A stretch of DNA of 56,159 bases, filler included, from Perkinsus olseni (taxonomy: Eukaryota), in the NCBI GenBank assembly GCA_013115125.1. It is 3 parts of 3 records of this genome, joined end to end, with 100 filler letters (N's around TTAATTAATTAA, not from the genome) between each part and the next. Parts side by side here need not be neighbours in the genome. Positions count along the whole stretch, not along the records: positions 18,866 to 37,602 come from JABANN010000611.1; positions 37,703 to 56,159 come from JABANN010000614.1; 1 more part is not named here. One strand, given 5' to 3'. Every line of letters starts with the position of its first letter. Positions within the stretch are counted from its first letter, which is position 1. Positions 32,610-42,249 of this stretch are shown in pieces. The position numbers and the translations under genes were made by a program. The notes below the pieces were generated by a model, which searched no databases, had not been told where the DNA came from, and worked only from the letters and a program-made list of their open reading frames with translations.

Positions 32610-33791
32610 CTAATTTTCAAACAGCGCTATTTTATGAGTAGTATAATCGACATGAACACTGTAAGCCCGGAAAAATTGCGTGCCCAGCGCGCAACTGTCG
32701 GGTCGATAGATGAGGAGGAGCGCCAACACTCCGCTTCCTGCGTCCCAAGTGTAGTGTTTCGGATGTATTTTAATGGAAATACTTTTCGAGCCATCATCCA
32801 GTTGAAGTCCGAGCACGGGAAGGTAATCGAAGACTTCTTTCCTCACATACAGGGAATCATCATCATCCTCGAAGCGTATCCTCATTGCAGCTATTTGCCT
32901 ATCATCATAACCATCTCGCTTCATCCCCCTTCTGATCACTCTCACGATATCATCGTGTAAATGCGGATAGGGCAGGCTAATGGTATTGGTTCCAGTATCG
33001 ATGGTTGCCATGAAGGACCTTGGATACGATGTTTGGAATCTTTGCTTCGTGAGAAGATTCCCGTCTGTGTCGAACAGTTTCACAGACGAAACCCAAGTCT
33101 TAGTGTAAGCTCGATGGTGGCCCGGACTGTGAGAAAACTTTATGATTTTGTACTCGGATCGTGGATATCCTATCGCGTCACCAAGCGTCAATTCCCCAGA
33201 AATGTAGTTCAACGGGAGAAGCTGTTGTTCTTTCGAAAGTAGAGTGTACGTTGGTCGTCCAATTACCCGATGGCGCATGAGAGAGTTCAGCAAACTCTCA
33301 TCGCCGGGCCAACGCCGGAACGTTTTCGAAGCAGGAGGTACCATCGAGATGCCGAAGTGTCCCCATGGCCGCAAGGGATCATTCCTCCGGGCAGTATACC
33401 TCGACACTCGGAACGGAAATTTACTAACCGTACGGTTGTCCAGTGATAGCGAGCCCCAGCGGATTTCACTCACGATCGTCGAGTTGTCGGCGAAGACTCC
33501 TGTTGGCAGTTTTCTGTAGTCTTCAAACTCACATGGGTCATCTGTCGGACAGAAGTAGCAGCCAGTTCGCCGCTCCATGCAAGCGCCTTTACCGAACTCT
33601 TTCTCATACCAACCGCCGTCGAGCACGGACAAGAAGGGGTACGCGGAATCCAACAGCAGTTCAACTTCTTGACCGTCGAGGTTGATCTTCACGAAGCCTT
33701 CCTCAACCGGAAGGGATAAAGATTCCCCCGTGGGAGCGGCCGAAATGATCGGGGCGAGCATGAGCATCCCTGCTGCCGCGGCACTCGTCAT
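32610..33791 (-). CDS. Secreted pepsin-like (A1) aspartic protease, intronless
   Basis: Signal peptide. Motifs VKINLDGQEVELLLDSAY, LTLG, ATIDTGT and CALGTQFFRAYSVHVDYTTHKIAL. Confidence 0.88.
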   Translation of the reverse strand: MTSAAAAGMLMLAPIISAAPTGESLSLPVEEGFVKINLDGQEVELLLDSAYPFLSVLDGGWYEKEFGKGACMERRTGCYFCPTDDPCEFEDYRKLPTGVFADNSTIVSEIRWGSLSLDNRTVSKFPFRVSRYTARRNDPLRPWGHFGISMVPPASKTFRRWPGDESLLNSLMRHRVIGRPTYTLLSKEQQLLPLNYISGELTLGDAIGYPRSEYKIIKFSHSPGHHRAYTKTWVSSVKLFDTDGNLLTKQRFQTSYPRSFMATIDTGTNTISLPYPHLHDDIVRVIRRGMKRDGYDDRQIAAMRIRFEDDDDSLYVRKEVFDYLPVLGLQLDDGSKSISIKIHPKHYTWDAGSGVLALLLIYRPDSCALGTQFFRAYSVHVDYTTHKIALFEN

Positions 33792-34443
33792 TGGATGGGT
33801 ACAGAGGGCGAACAGCAAACACTACAAGACGCGCGATTCATCAGAAAACTTTAACACAGATAGAAGCGCCTCTTTCTATCGATTTCGCCACGTCTACGAA
33901 AGACTATCACACTAATTCAGGGGGTATAGACTCCCGACCGACAGAAGCGACCGTGGTTGACACCTGAAGGTCTGAAATTGACGGTTTCAGATATTCTAAT
34001 AGGGCGAGCGAGATTAGAGTTGATATATTTTCCCTTCAAATTTGAATACCGCGTATGCCAAGTTTATTGAATAAATGGGAAGAAAGGAGAACAGAGGACG
34101 ATGATATATAATTTTGTGGAGGGGTTCATTTTCCGTCGGAAAATTTCCAACGTACAGTTCGATCATTATCACGCCTGCCGTTTGCGCATGCGTGCTGTAT
34201 GAACGCACAGCCCGTTCGGTACTCAGTGGCTCGGCAGGCGAAGAAGCTAGTCGAAGCTTCAGTGGAACGCTCCTTTCCACGAGTGGGAATGTAAATTATA
34301 CTGATATGATAGATTACACGAGTCACAAGTGAAACGTTTACTAATGGCCTTCACGCTCAGGGGCTGTCCGTCTGCGTGCTAGTGCACGCATACCCAAGGA
34401 GAAGAACTAGGATCCTTCCAACAACTTATGTTGAGTTGAACAG

Positions 34444-34628
34444 GGGCCTATTTTACATGACCTCCACTAAACTGCTACTTAACAGTTAAGGACGGATGTT
34501 CCTAAGCGACCCTCGAGACGAATCGAACTCTGGGGGCCACTCAACGGAGGAATAGTGTAACCCACTATCCCTGACAGCGGCTAACAAGTGGGAACTCAAG
34601 CTTAGTGAAGGTCATGTGAAATAGGGCC
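34444..34628. mobile_element. MITE-like element with 27-bp imperfect terminal inverted repeats
   Basis: Left end gggcctattttacatgacctccactaa versus reverse complement of right end ggccctatttcacatgaccttcactaa (24/27). Non-coding interior. Confidence 0.7.
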
Positions 34629-36025
34629 GAAATTATGCGCCGATCATCTTGTGCAAGGTTTGCGTGTCAATTACGGGGGCAAGCATTTGTTGCTTCTCCG
34701 TTATTGCTCGTAGTCAACCCAAGACGAGAAGGAGCGTGGAACTCATCTACTGTTACTCATTGCCCGCCGACCATCTTGTGCATGCGTGCATAGCTAATAC
34801 TCCCGCCCCCCGAATAGAAGCAAGTAGAAGACTTTACACTCCTTCTCGCCTTGCGTTGACTACGAGCCTCATTCGTTCGTTCTCGATAACATTGATAATC
34901 ACCGAGCGCTTCAACAGCAATTCCATTTTTCTGAGGACTTCCGGTTTCCTGAGGGTTGCTTCGGAGCTCGCCTTACAATAGTAGCGGAAGCGTGTCGAGA
35001 AGATGATAATCTCGAGATTCACTCTGACAGGGGCAAAATGCGGCCTGGAGCCTAGGGAATCCCTAGGCTCCAGGCCCATCCCTAGGAGGGATGGTTGGTT
35101 CGGGGACCCTCGGCCTCGTGCAATTGTCATTGACTGGCTTATGCTGCTTGCGGGCGCTGTTTGACTGTTGTTGCTTCTCCGTTGTTTTGGTAAACAAGAG
35201 AGGCCGAGCGCCAATAATGCAAAGAACAGCGCCGATGAGGGGAAAATTAGCGCCCGCCCGAATACTTCAATTGTGCTTCGCTCCGCTGGGATAATGTGGC
35301 AGGATTTGCAAGTTTGTTCGTTTGTTGTTGGTGTATGCTGATGTGGCCGGCCGTACGACAGCAGCTCGGAATCTTGACCCTGGTGAGTCCCAGCGGAACT
35401 CGGTAATAATGCAAAGATACTTCTCCTATTTCTAAAGATTCCTTTCAGCTTACTTGCGCGGACCTACCTTCAACCTTGGATGCCAAAACAGTTGGATATT
35501 TTCTGTCTGAATAAACGTAGTAAGCTTCGACGACGCAAACAGCGTCGGAGGATGGGAGAACGAGTGAGCTTGAGATACCGATGATGTCGTTTCTGGTGAT
35601 GGACCATCTGAGCTGCGTTAGGAGTATCTTAGGTTCATCCTAGTCCGTGACAGAATAGGGAATCTCGCTGGTGTATTCACGTTGCGATAATAATATCGAT
35701 CGTAGAAGTCTTTATCGAACCGACTCGGATTCCGTCCGGGTATCAGCCTCATCGGCCGCTCGGGAAACTTCATATTTTTTGCCCGCTGGCAATCGAGAAT
35801 TCGTTTCGATTCAACTATGACCCTCATTCGCGACCCGTTGTTGTGAGAAACCGTTGGGGGAGAAACTCTAGTTTCGAGTTAACCACTCTCATCAGGTCCT
35901 ATAGTCAACCTTTGGATTCCCGGAGATTTTCGTGGACGGATTTTCTCCTCCGAAATTTTTTTCTTCTGCTTCCGAAATTCTCATTGGTGGTAGGCCTCTT
36001 CTTTCTTGTTGTCATCGAACTGGAT

Positions 36026-36480
36026 ATGTCCAATTCAACAGCCTCATTCGCCAGTGATCTCTTCACGTCGCTATCGGAGGGAGAGCTTGCGAGTATCTTA
36101 AGAGCTTATGCAACCTCGGGGCCTGACGTGGGGAATCTTTTGCAGTTTGTCAATTCTACACGACCTGATCTACTCGAACCAGAAGGTAGTGAGAATCTTT
36201 CCCACCTGTGAAGTGCCAGCTTCGACCTCAGATCCGGCCGGATATATAAGATACTCTATTCTCGTCGTGCTGGCGGTGCTGACCTCCACGACTGTTTTGG
36301 TCGCCCTTATCGTTGTGTTTGGAACGCACAGTAATAACGGGGCAGCACTCGCAGAGGCTTGAAACTCTTTTCAACATGTCATCGGATTTTTGCGGAAATT
36401 ATATTTTTTCTGGAAAATTCTGTTTTCTCATTCCCAGCTGATTGGCAACTACCTCGCGCTCTTCAATTATGCGATCTCGG
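36026..36480 (+). CDS. Hypothetical membrane protein, multi-exon, 3' end unresolved
   Basis: MSNSTASFASDLF...EPE|DPAGYIRYSILVVLAVLTSTTVLVALIVVFG (transmembrane helix), then LIGNYLALFNYAIS. Confidence 0.45.
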
Positions 36481-37602
36481 TTGAGTTGGAACTGCACGTC
36501 GTGGAAAGATACTCTTCGAGCGCTAGCATCCTGCGTATCTTAGGTCGACCTGCAGTGATGCATAATGATTCATATTTTGTAAGATACGATAGTAATGTAT
36601 CTTATTAATACGATAGACCAGCCTCTTGGACAGAATCTATGTAGTTCGCTGGATACAGCAGAAGGGTATCTGACGTAATTCGTCATTCGCCATGATCGAC
36701 CTAAGATATCCGTTGGTTGTTGATAGTGAAATCTGGCGGCGTATTTTCGCTGTGCGTTGCGCTCGAGTTGGCACATATGCGCGCGTTTCGCAAAAAAAAT
36801 TTGCATAATCTCGCGTGAGAGGGGCCAGGAAAATATCCTGAGGTTGAGCGTGCAAGATACAGAATAGGTCCAGTTTCGATGCATCATCCTCCTCAGAGAT
36901 CCTCCAATACCCGCTACTGATATTCTTCGGCGCCCTTTGTACTGTGGAGCTCTGCCTGTACGTTATTGTAAGTCTGGGTCTTTCCACACAACAGATGTCT
37001 CGAACCGTCGAAAATTGAAGCGCGAATTCTTGTGTGGAGCAACTTCTCAGAAAGAGTATCTAGAGGTTTAACCTTGCGTAAGATAGGAGAGCGCAGCTTG
37101 TTGTCATGACGGCCGATCGAAACTAGGTCGTAATGTGAATGCTTCGACCCGCGCGCCTTGAAGTTAGTGACTCAGATCTTCTGCTACTCTTGTAATTCGT
37201 ATTTTTCTGATACTCGTTTTTTCCGAGGGGAACTCCACTAGTTCTGAGAAAAAGTGTCACGAGCGGCCATTGTGATCAATTTCGTGGCGCGTGAAGAATT
37301 GGGCGATTTCAGGTACGACAAGTGGTCCGTGCGATGGAGAAAGTGTTTCCGGTCTTTCGGAAGAGTTGGAGGACTCGAAGACGTCAATTACGTCGGTTGA
37401 CCAGTAATACCGATCTGTTGGGCGTGGAGTGGTATGGATTAATCATAAGAAAATATCTCTTACCTCTTTGAGTGAAAGATTCCGGGTTTGGGACTATTTC
37501 ACGCACGATGATATCGACTTTCATTACTCTCGGGCTGTTCAATAGACAAGCGCGAGTTCGTTCCCAGGAACGTTCTTGAAGAACGTTGTTCAAGAACGTT
37601 CC

Positions 37603-37702
37603 NNNNNNNNNNNNNNNNNNNNNNNNNNNNNNNNNNNNNNNNNNNNTTAATTAATTAANNNNNNNNNNNNNNNNNNNNNNNNNNNNNNNNNNNNNNNNNN
37701 NN
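37603..37702. other. Assembly gap with artificial TTAATTAATTAA linker
   Basis: Same N-linker-N structure as 18766-18865. Confidence 0.97.
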
Positions 37703-37759
37703 TTGGATTCGGACGGGTTACCCCTGGGCTTTCAAGGTCTCGAGGCGACGAGTCTGTAT

Positions 37760-37832
37760 GCCTCGGTAGCTCAGTTGGCAGAGCGCGTGCCTTTTAAGCC
37801 CGTGGCCGCGGGTTCGAGCCCCGCTCGAGGTG
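37760..37832 (+). tRNA. tRNA-Lys(TTT)
   Basis: Cloverleaf GCCTCGG/TCGAGGT, loop CT-TTT-AA, GCGGG-TTCGAGC-CCCGC. T4 run downstream. Confidence 0.8.
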
Positions 37833-37903
37833 AACGTTTTGTACATTGGGAGGTGGATGAGTCACTCCTGGGTTTCCAAGGTCACGAGGCGGCGGGTTTG
37901 TAT

Positions 37904-37976
37904 GCCTCGGTAGCTCAGTCGGCAGAGCGCGTGCCTTTTAAGCCCGTGGCCGCGGGTTCGAGCCCCGTCCGAGGTG
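37904..37976 (+). tRNA. tRNA-Lys(TTT)
   Basis: Same cloverleaf, intact TTCGA, T4 run downstream. Confidence 0.8.
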
Positions 37977-38047
37977 AACGTTTTGTACATTGGGAGGTGG
38001 ACGGGTTAGTCCTGGGCTTTTAAGGTCTCGAGGCGATGGGTTTGTAT

Positions 38048-38120
38048 GCCTCGGTAGCTCAGTCGGCAGAGTGCGTGCCTTTTAAGCCCGTGGCCGCGGG
38101 TTCGAGCCCCGCCCGAGGTG
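38048..38120 (+). tRNA. tRNA-Lys(TTT)
   Basis: Same cloverleaf with a GAGT variant in the D stem. Confidence 0.75.
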
Positions 38121-38191
38121 AACGTTTCGTACATTGGGAGGTGAACGGGTTACTCTTGGGCTTTCAAGGTCTCGAAGCGGCGGGTTTGTAT

Positions 38192-38263
38192 GCCTCGGTA
38201 GCTAGTCGGCAGAGCGCGTGCCTTTTAAGCCCGTGGCCGCGGGTTCGAGCCCCACCCGAGGTA
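38192..38263 (+). pseudogene. tRNA-Lys(TTT) copy with a 1-nt D-stem deletion
   Basis: GCTAGTC instead of GCTCAGTC, plus a T-stem mismatch. Confidence 0.65.
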
Positions 38264-38546
38264 AACGCTTTGTACATTGGATTTGGACGGGTTACTCCTG
38301 GGTTTTCAAGGTCTCGAGGCGACTAGTCTGTATGCCTCGGTAGCTCAGTCGGCAGAGCGCGTGCCTTTCAAGCCCATGGCCGCGGGGTTGAGCCCCGCNN
38401 NNNNNNNNNNNNNNNNNNNNNNNNNNNNNNNNNNNNNNNNNNNNNNNNNNNNNNNNNNNNNNNNNNNNNNNNNNNNNNNNNNNNNNNNNNNNNNNGTGAA
38501 CGGGTTACTCCTGGGCTTTCAAGGTCTCGAGGCGACGAGTCTGTAT

Positions 38547-38619
38547 GCCTCGGTAGCTCAGTCGGCAGAGCGCGTGCCTTTCAAGCCCATGGCCGCGGGG
38601 TTGAGCCCCGCCCGAGGTG
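38547..38619 (+). pseudogene. tRNA-Lys-derived copy with TTC anticodon and altered T loop
   Basis: Loop CT-TTC-AA. GGGTTGAG replaces GGTTCGAG. The same variant occurs at 38334-38398. Confidence 0.65.
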
Positions 38620-38966
38620 AACGTTTCGTACATTGGGAGGTGAACGGGTTACTCCTGGGCTTTCAAGGTCTCGAGGCGACGAGTCTGTATGCCTCGGTAG
38701 CTCAGTCGGCAGAGTCGGCCCCGGAGGTGAACGTTTTGTACATCAGGAGGTGGATGAATCACTTCTCAAGCTCTTAGCTTTTAAGGCCTTGCGACAAAGG
38801 ATACGTGTGGCCCAATAGCTCGGTCGGCGAAGGGCATGTCTTTTAAGCCCTTTGACGAGGGTTGGAGCTCTTCCCATCTCGCTACGAAGAGCGCACGTCC
38901 TTTAGTAGTCTCGTTGCGGTAGCGCCGGGCATTCCAGTACTACAATTCTAACTCATTCCAGCATTC

Positions 38967-40096
38967 ATGTATCTGAAGTTTCCTCCGCATCTGTTTCTCT
39001 CGTGGACTGCTCCTTTTCAGCCTACTCTGCTGGATCTCAAACATCGGCATCTGGAGAGTATTCGCAAGGATCGAGAGGAGATGCAAGACCAGGATGGTGG
39101 CTACAAGCGTTTCCAGGTGGGGCCTCACTACGGTTTGTCTGATTCGTTTCTCGTGTGAACTCTTTGCCGATCTCGGGCTTTTGTCGAAGAGCAATGGACG
39201 GGCCCGTGGATTATTATCTCGCTTCAGATGGAGGAGTACACCAGCGAAGATAGCCATCTTAAGTCAAAGGGAAAGCTCGTTCAGTGAGTGCCAGTGAAAC
39301 TCAACGCTGGTTCTCCGGCTTTCATGAGTTTGAGGGCCTATCTGGATTACTCCGGTGACTTCTACGGGAGAGGCCTTTCCTTGGCAGATATTATTGTTCC
39401 CTATGCGGCCAGATGGCCCTGGTGACGGATTGCCCGTTGAGTGAGCTCCCTAAGCGGTCGACAGATGGTGCCCTTGCACTCGATGAGAACAAGTAGAAAC
39501 GGGCGCAATCAGAACTGCAGCTATACACTGCAGGCATTAGGCTATACGCTTAGGCATTTCCACAAGAAGTATCTAGCGCTCGGCCAGCGTGTCTGTCTCG
39601 ATCGCGCAAACGACAAGATCGAAATTCAGTACCGGTATAACTGCAAGAACAACCGCTGCGGGTAACCAGTGCTGCTGGGTGTTGTTATGCAGCATTGCAG
39701 TATCAATCATCAGGATCCCAATCGCCTATCGTACCACTTTGGAGGATACAGGAGAAACCGGTGCATCTTTGTTCACGTGAGCTGCCAACAGCCTCAGAAA
39801 TGAGTGTGATTTGGCACGTTCAGGTATATCATTAAGGGAAGCCTATTGAAGGAGCAATCGAAGGCGGCGAGGTAGTACATGTGCTGGCGGTGGAAGTAGC
39901 GTGTTCAATCGTGTTCGGAAGATTTGGTGCATTGAGTAACGGCCATTCTAGGCCTCGGGAAATATGCTGCAAACGGGGGTCACACATCTCCCGGTTGGAA
40001 AGCATCGGTTATCAGGTTCAACTCCGCGACCCGATCGAAATTCCTCGACGCCGATGGATTCGCAGCAACCAGTACCGAGGAAGAGTGAAACGTTAG
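38967..40096 (+). CDS. Multi-exon hypothetical gene fragment with a GST C-terminal-like motif; boundaries uncertain
   Basis: Several GT-AG-bounded exon-like blocks. GPYLDYSGDFYGRGLSLADIIVPYAARW resembles the GST SLAD motif. Frame not fully reconciled. Confidence 0.35.
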
Positions 40097-40370
40097 CATT
40101 TCTGCAGCGGGTGTCGCGTCGTGCTGGGGGCGGCGAGTGATATAGAGCTCTGGGGTGGTCGAACGGGAACTGGAAGTGGTCACGGCTCACGTGATTCGAC
40201 CGTCGAATATTGTTATTTTAGTTGGGAAATATTATATAGTGGTATCTCGAGACTGACTTGAAATTCAGTATCGAAAATTACTGCCTGATGTGGTACCCTT
40301 GTGGATTGATAGTCACTGGTTTCTACTAAACGCTCACTCAGCTGCCAGTCTTCGCGGTGCTTTGCTAACA

Positions 40371-41263
40371 ATGTCATCTCCTTCAAAACAAACAAGTGCG
40401 GCAGCTGTGACTCTCCCATCGAAGATTGTGGACTGGATCGGTAAAAAAGAAGAGGTACCAGTGATGCGGGCACGTAGCACGATCGACCCGGTCTTCCTCT
40501 ACAGTTGGAATTCGTTTTGATGCGAGTACCTGGTGATATGGATCTTTCTCAACTCGACGGTGTGCCGATCGAACCCGAAGAGGATGCTCAGGTGAGTTTT
40601 ATACAAACACTGCCCACTTGAAGTAGGGAGTGGCACCAGAGATTTCGGTGATCAGCTATAAGCTGAATAAAACATGGAGTGTTAGATTGACCTTTTATCT
40701 TCAGCCGATTGCTTTGCCCGAAGGAGTATACCAGGCGGACGCGCAGAAGCATCACATGATTGCAGTTGCCTCGTCGACTGACGATACCGCTGGTATACTA
40801 GGCCAGGTATGAACGAGCGTAGCCACATCAAAACTGTGTTTATACAATGCTGTGCTCAGGTGTTCCCATTGTTGCCTGATAAGTCTAAGGATGCGGCACA
40901 TCCGAAGGTAGTACGTGCCCAGTGCCCGCAGCTCCGTTCTATTATGGAGGTGAGGTCATTCCATGGTGTGGGTTTTAGGTGCTCAGTTGTCGCCGACTCC
41001 ATCGGTTTTCGCGAACTATATCCATCCATAAGGCGAGCAGGTCGGAGCGATCAATGAGAAAAAGATCTTCTACTACAGCGGCCAGAAAGAGCATTGTCAA
41101 ACAACAGGTGACGACATCACGGAGGGATGAGCTCAGTGATCGCAACCTATAGCTTGATGCAAGAGGGCTGGTTTAGGCTCCACGATCCCTCTTGGGGACC
41201 TATTCGCATTCGCTCCACGGTGGAGGGAGTAGCTCCGAAAACTCACTCTCCTTCTGGCCGTAG
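40371..41263 (+). CDS. Multi-exon hypothetical protein (weakly like RNA polymerase I subunit RPA34)
   Basis: Phase-0 exons MSSPSKQ...KKEE|LEFVLMRVPGDMDLSQLDG...|PIALPEG...|VFPLLPDK...|VGAINE...KQQ. Last exon is tentative. Confidence 0.55.
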
Positions 41264-42249
41264 AATCTCGAGCTATGTTGTGAAAGCTGTGGTATGTGCT
41301 TGCTCGTTCGGAGCGAGAGCTACGTCTTGAACGAATCGATTGATATCATGTTCAACTCAGTAAAACACCCACTCATAGAATATAGAGAATACATTGACGA
41401 AAATCAATCAACTTCTCCACTTCTCTCGCGTGTACCGAAGCCTCACTGTTTATTCGACTGTTGAGATAACGTTGCCTGTATGACCTTCGCCTCCTTATTC
41501 ACCAAATAGGTCTCTTGCCTTCTCAGGCCCTGACCAAGGACGAAGAGTAAGCCTGCCGCCATCGAGGATACTTCAACGTTGTTTCTACTACCAACAACGC
41601 TTGGTGCTATTGTGTTCAGTGATGATTGCTTCATCTGTGGGGTATGCAGTGAAATGATAGAGGGAGTGCCCAAGGATTACAAACCACGGGGTAGTGGATG
41701 TACGCCTCGAGAACGCTTAGCCCTCCCTGCTGGAGCTAACATTTTAACAGTCTCCTCCCGCCCTGGCACTTCTCCTCTCGCCGACCTCTCTTGCAGGTTT
41801 CTACGGTTGAGTAGTGCATGTCCTTTTCGTTTGATCCGCGAATTCTACTCGACGTATCACAACCCTACACTCCAGAGAAGGTCCAGGCCTTGGACCAGGT
41901 TGTCGCTGCAATGTAGTATTCATAATGGGGGCGTAGGGGAGGCGGGAGAATTTCCAGTATATCCCTCGAGTTTCGGCCTGGGTTCAGAGACCCTTCGTGG
42001 TGGGCCTGAGTAGTAACTTTTTCTATCTGACCATAGGTCGATTTTTCGTCCAATGAGCTGGTCGAGAGGCACAATTCCACTCTCGATTTTTATAATCGGA
42101 CTCAAGTTTCAGAAGTAAATACCATGCTGCTCAAAATGAGTGTAAAAATGATCTATCATATCGCGATTCGCAAGATCGTGATATCTAGTACACTGGTCAC
42201 CCATGAAAATGATGGTGTTTTTAACACTGAGATTTCTCCGCGGGAATCA

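Larger units (their letters stand above)
37703..38880 (+). repeat. Tandem tRNA-Lys array with a 144-bp unit (73-nt tRNA plus 71-nt spacer); at least 7 copies plus a terminal relic
   Basis: GCCTCGGTAGCT starts at 37760, 37904, 38048, 38192, 38334, 38547 and 38691. Decayed copy near 38810. Internal N-gap at 38399-38495. Confidence 0.93.

Noticed and set aside
37567-37602. 14-bp-arm inverted repeat abutting the gap
   Set aside because: At a contig end; may be a fold-back or the cause of the assembly break, and context is missing.
37833-37903. The 71-nt spacer of the Lys array as a second, ancient tRNA
   Set aside because: Length is suggestive, but I could not build a cloverleaf or find a valid B-box.
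37703-38818. Repetitive ORFs (YASVAQSAERVPFKP...) and CRISPR-like periodicity
   Set aside because: The 144-bp tRNA unit is a multiple of 3, so the ORFs are by-products. Spacers are near-identical rather than unique, and there are no cas genes.
39251-39268. TAGCCATCTTAAGTCAA, a partial spliced-leader match
   Set aside because: Falls in an exon-like frame (EDSHLKSK) and is a weaker match; likely chance.
41443-42080. Possible small minus-strand gene divergent from CRM1
   Set aside because: Some exon-like blocks (LSVLEAYIHYPVV|YEAIITEH) exist, but I could not build a consistent start-to-stop model.
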